In this document: positions 63,873 through 64,000 of the stretch, one piece after another
Numbering within the stretch: position 1 is the first letter of the stretch
Layout of the letters: each line of letters starts with the position of its first letter
Source: Callorhinchus milii
Lineage: Eukaryota
Assembly: GCF_018977255.1 (NCBI RefSeq)
Contig: NW_024704742.1
Span: forward strand, 33,606,001-33,670,000
Reading direction: 5' to 3'
DNA: 64,000 nt
The notes under the pieces: generated by a model
Seen by the model: the letters and a program-made list of their open reading frames with translations, nothing else
The model's database searches: none
What the model was told of the DNA's origin: nothing
Position numbers and translations under genes: made by a program

Positions 63873-64000
63873 AAAATACTGTAGTTAAATTCACTTTACT
63901 TAACTATTTCACTCCTCTTTTATGCCAAAACAAATGTCATAGAAGGGAAAGAGTATAAAATAATTTTAAAATAGTGAGCAACTTAAAATACAATCAAGTT

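Overview
Vertebrate genomic DNA. The repeat landscape (CR1, L2, DeuSINE-type and Penelope-type elements) suggests a cartilaginous fish, but I cannot fix the species from sequence alone. The minus strand carries the 3' half of LARP7: seven coding exons from 62779 down to the stop at 38239, all GT-AG with continuous phase, encoding the basic linker and the xRRM domain. About 24 kb further on the same strand is the first coding exon of ANK2 (MASSSSSPSSPQGGGTSPNPPDRIRQ), matching the LARP7-ANK2 order known from mammals. The main signal is on the plus strand, antisense within the LARP7 intron 55079-60837: an expanded and rearranged miR-302/367-type cluster. It has seven miR-302/430-family hairpins, one with a changed seed (AAGUACU) and three with miR-430-like 3' ends. 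miR-367 lies second rather than last. There is also a perfect 26-bp fold-back and two more orphan hairpins. Upstream are Sox and octamer motifs and a TATA box, and a splice donor, branch point, acceptor and poly(A) signals outline a host transcript. Another LARP7 intron holds an intronless, 5'-truncated CYLD-like retrocopy bracketed by SINE sequence, next to a Penelope-type minimal hammerhead motif. The rest is intronic or intergenic and rich in repeats. Repeat boundaries are approximate.
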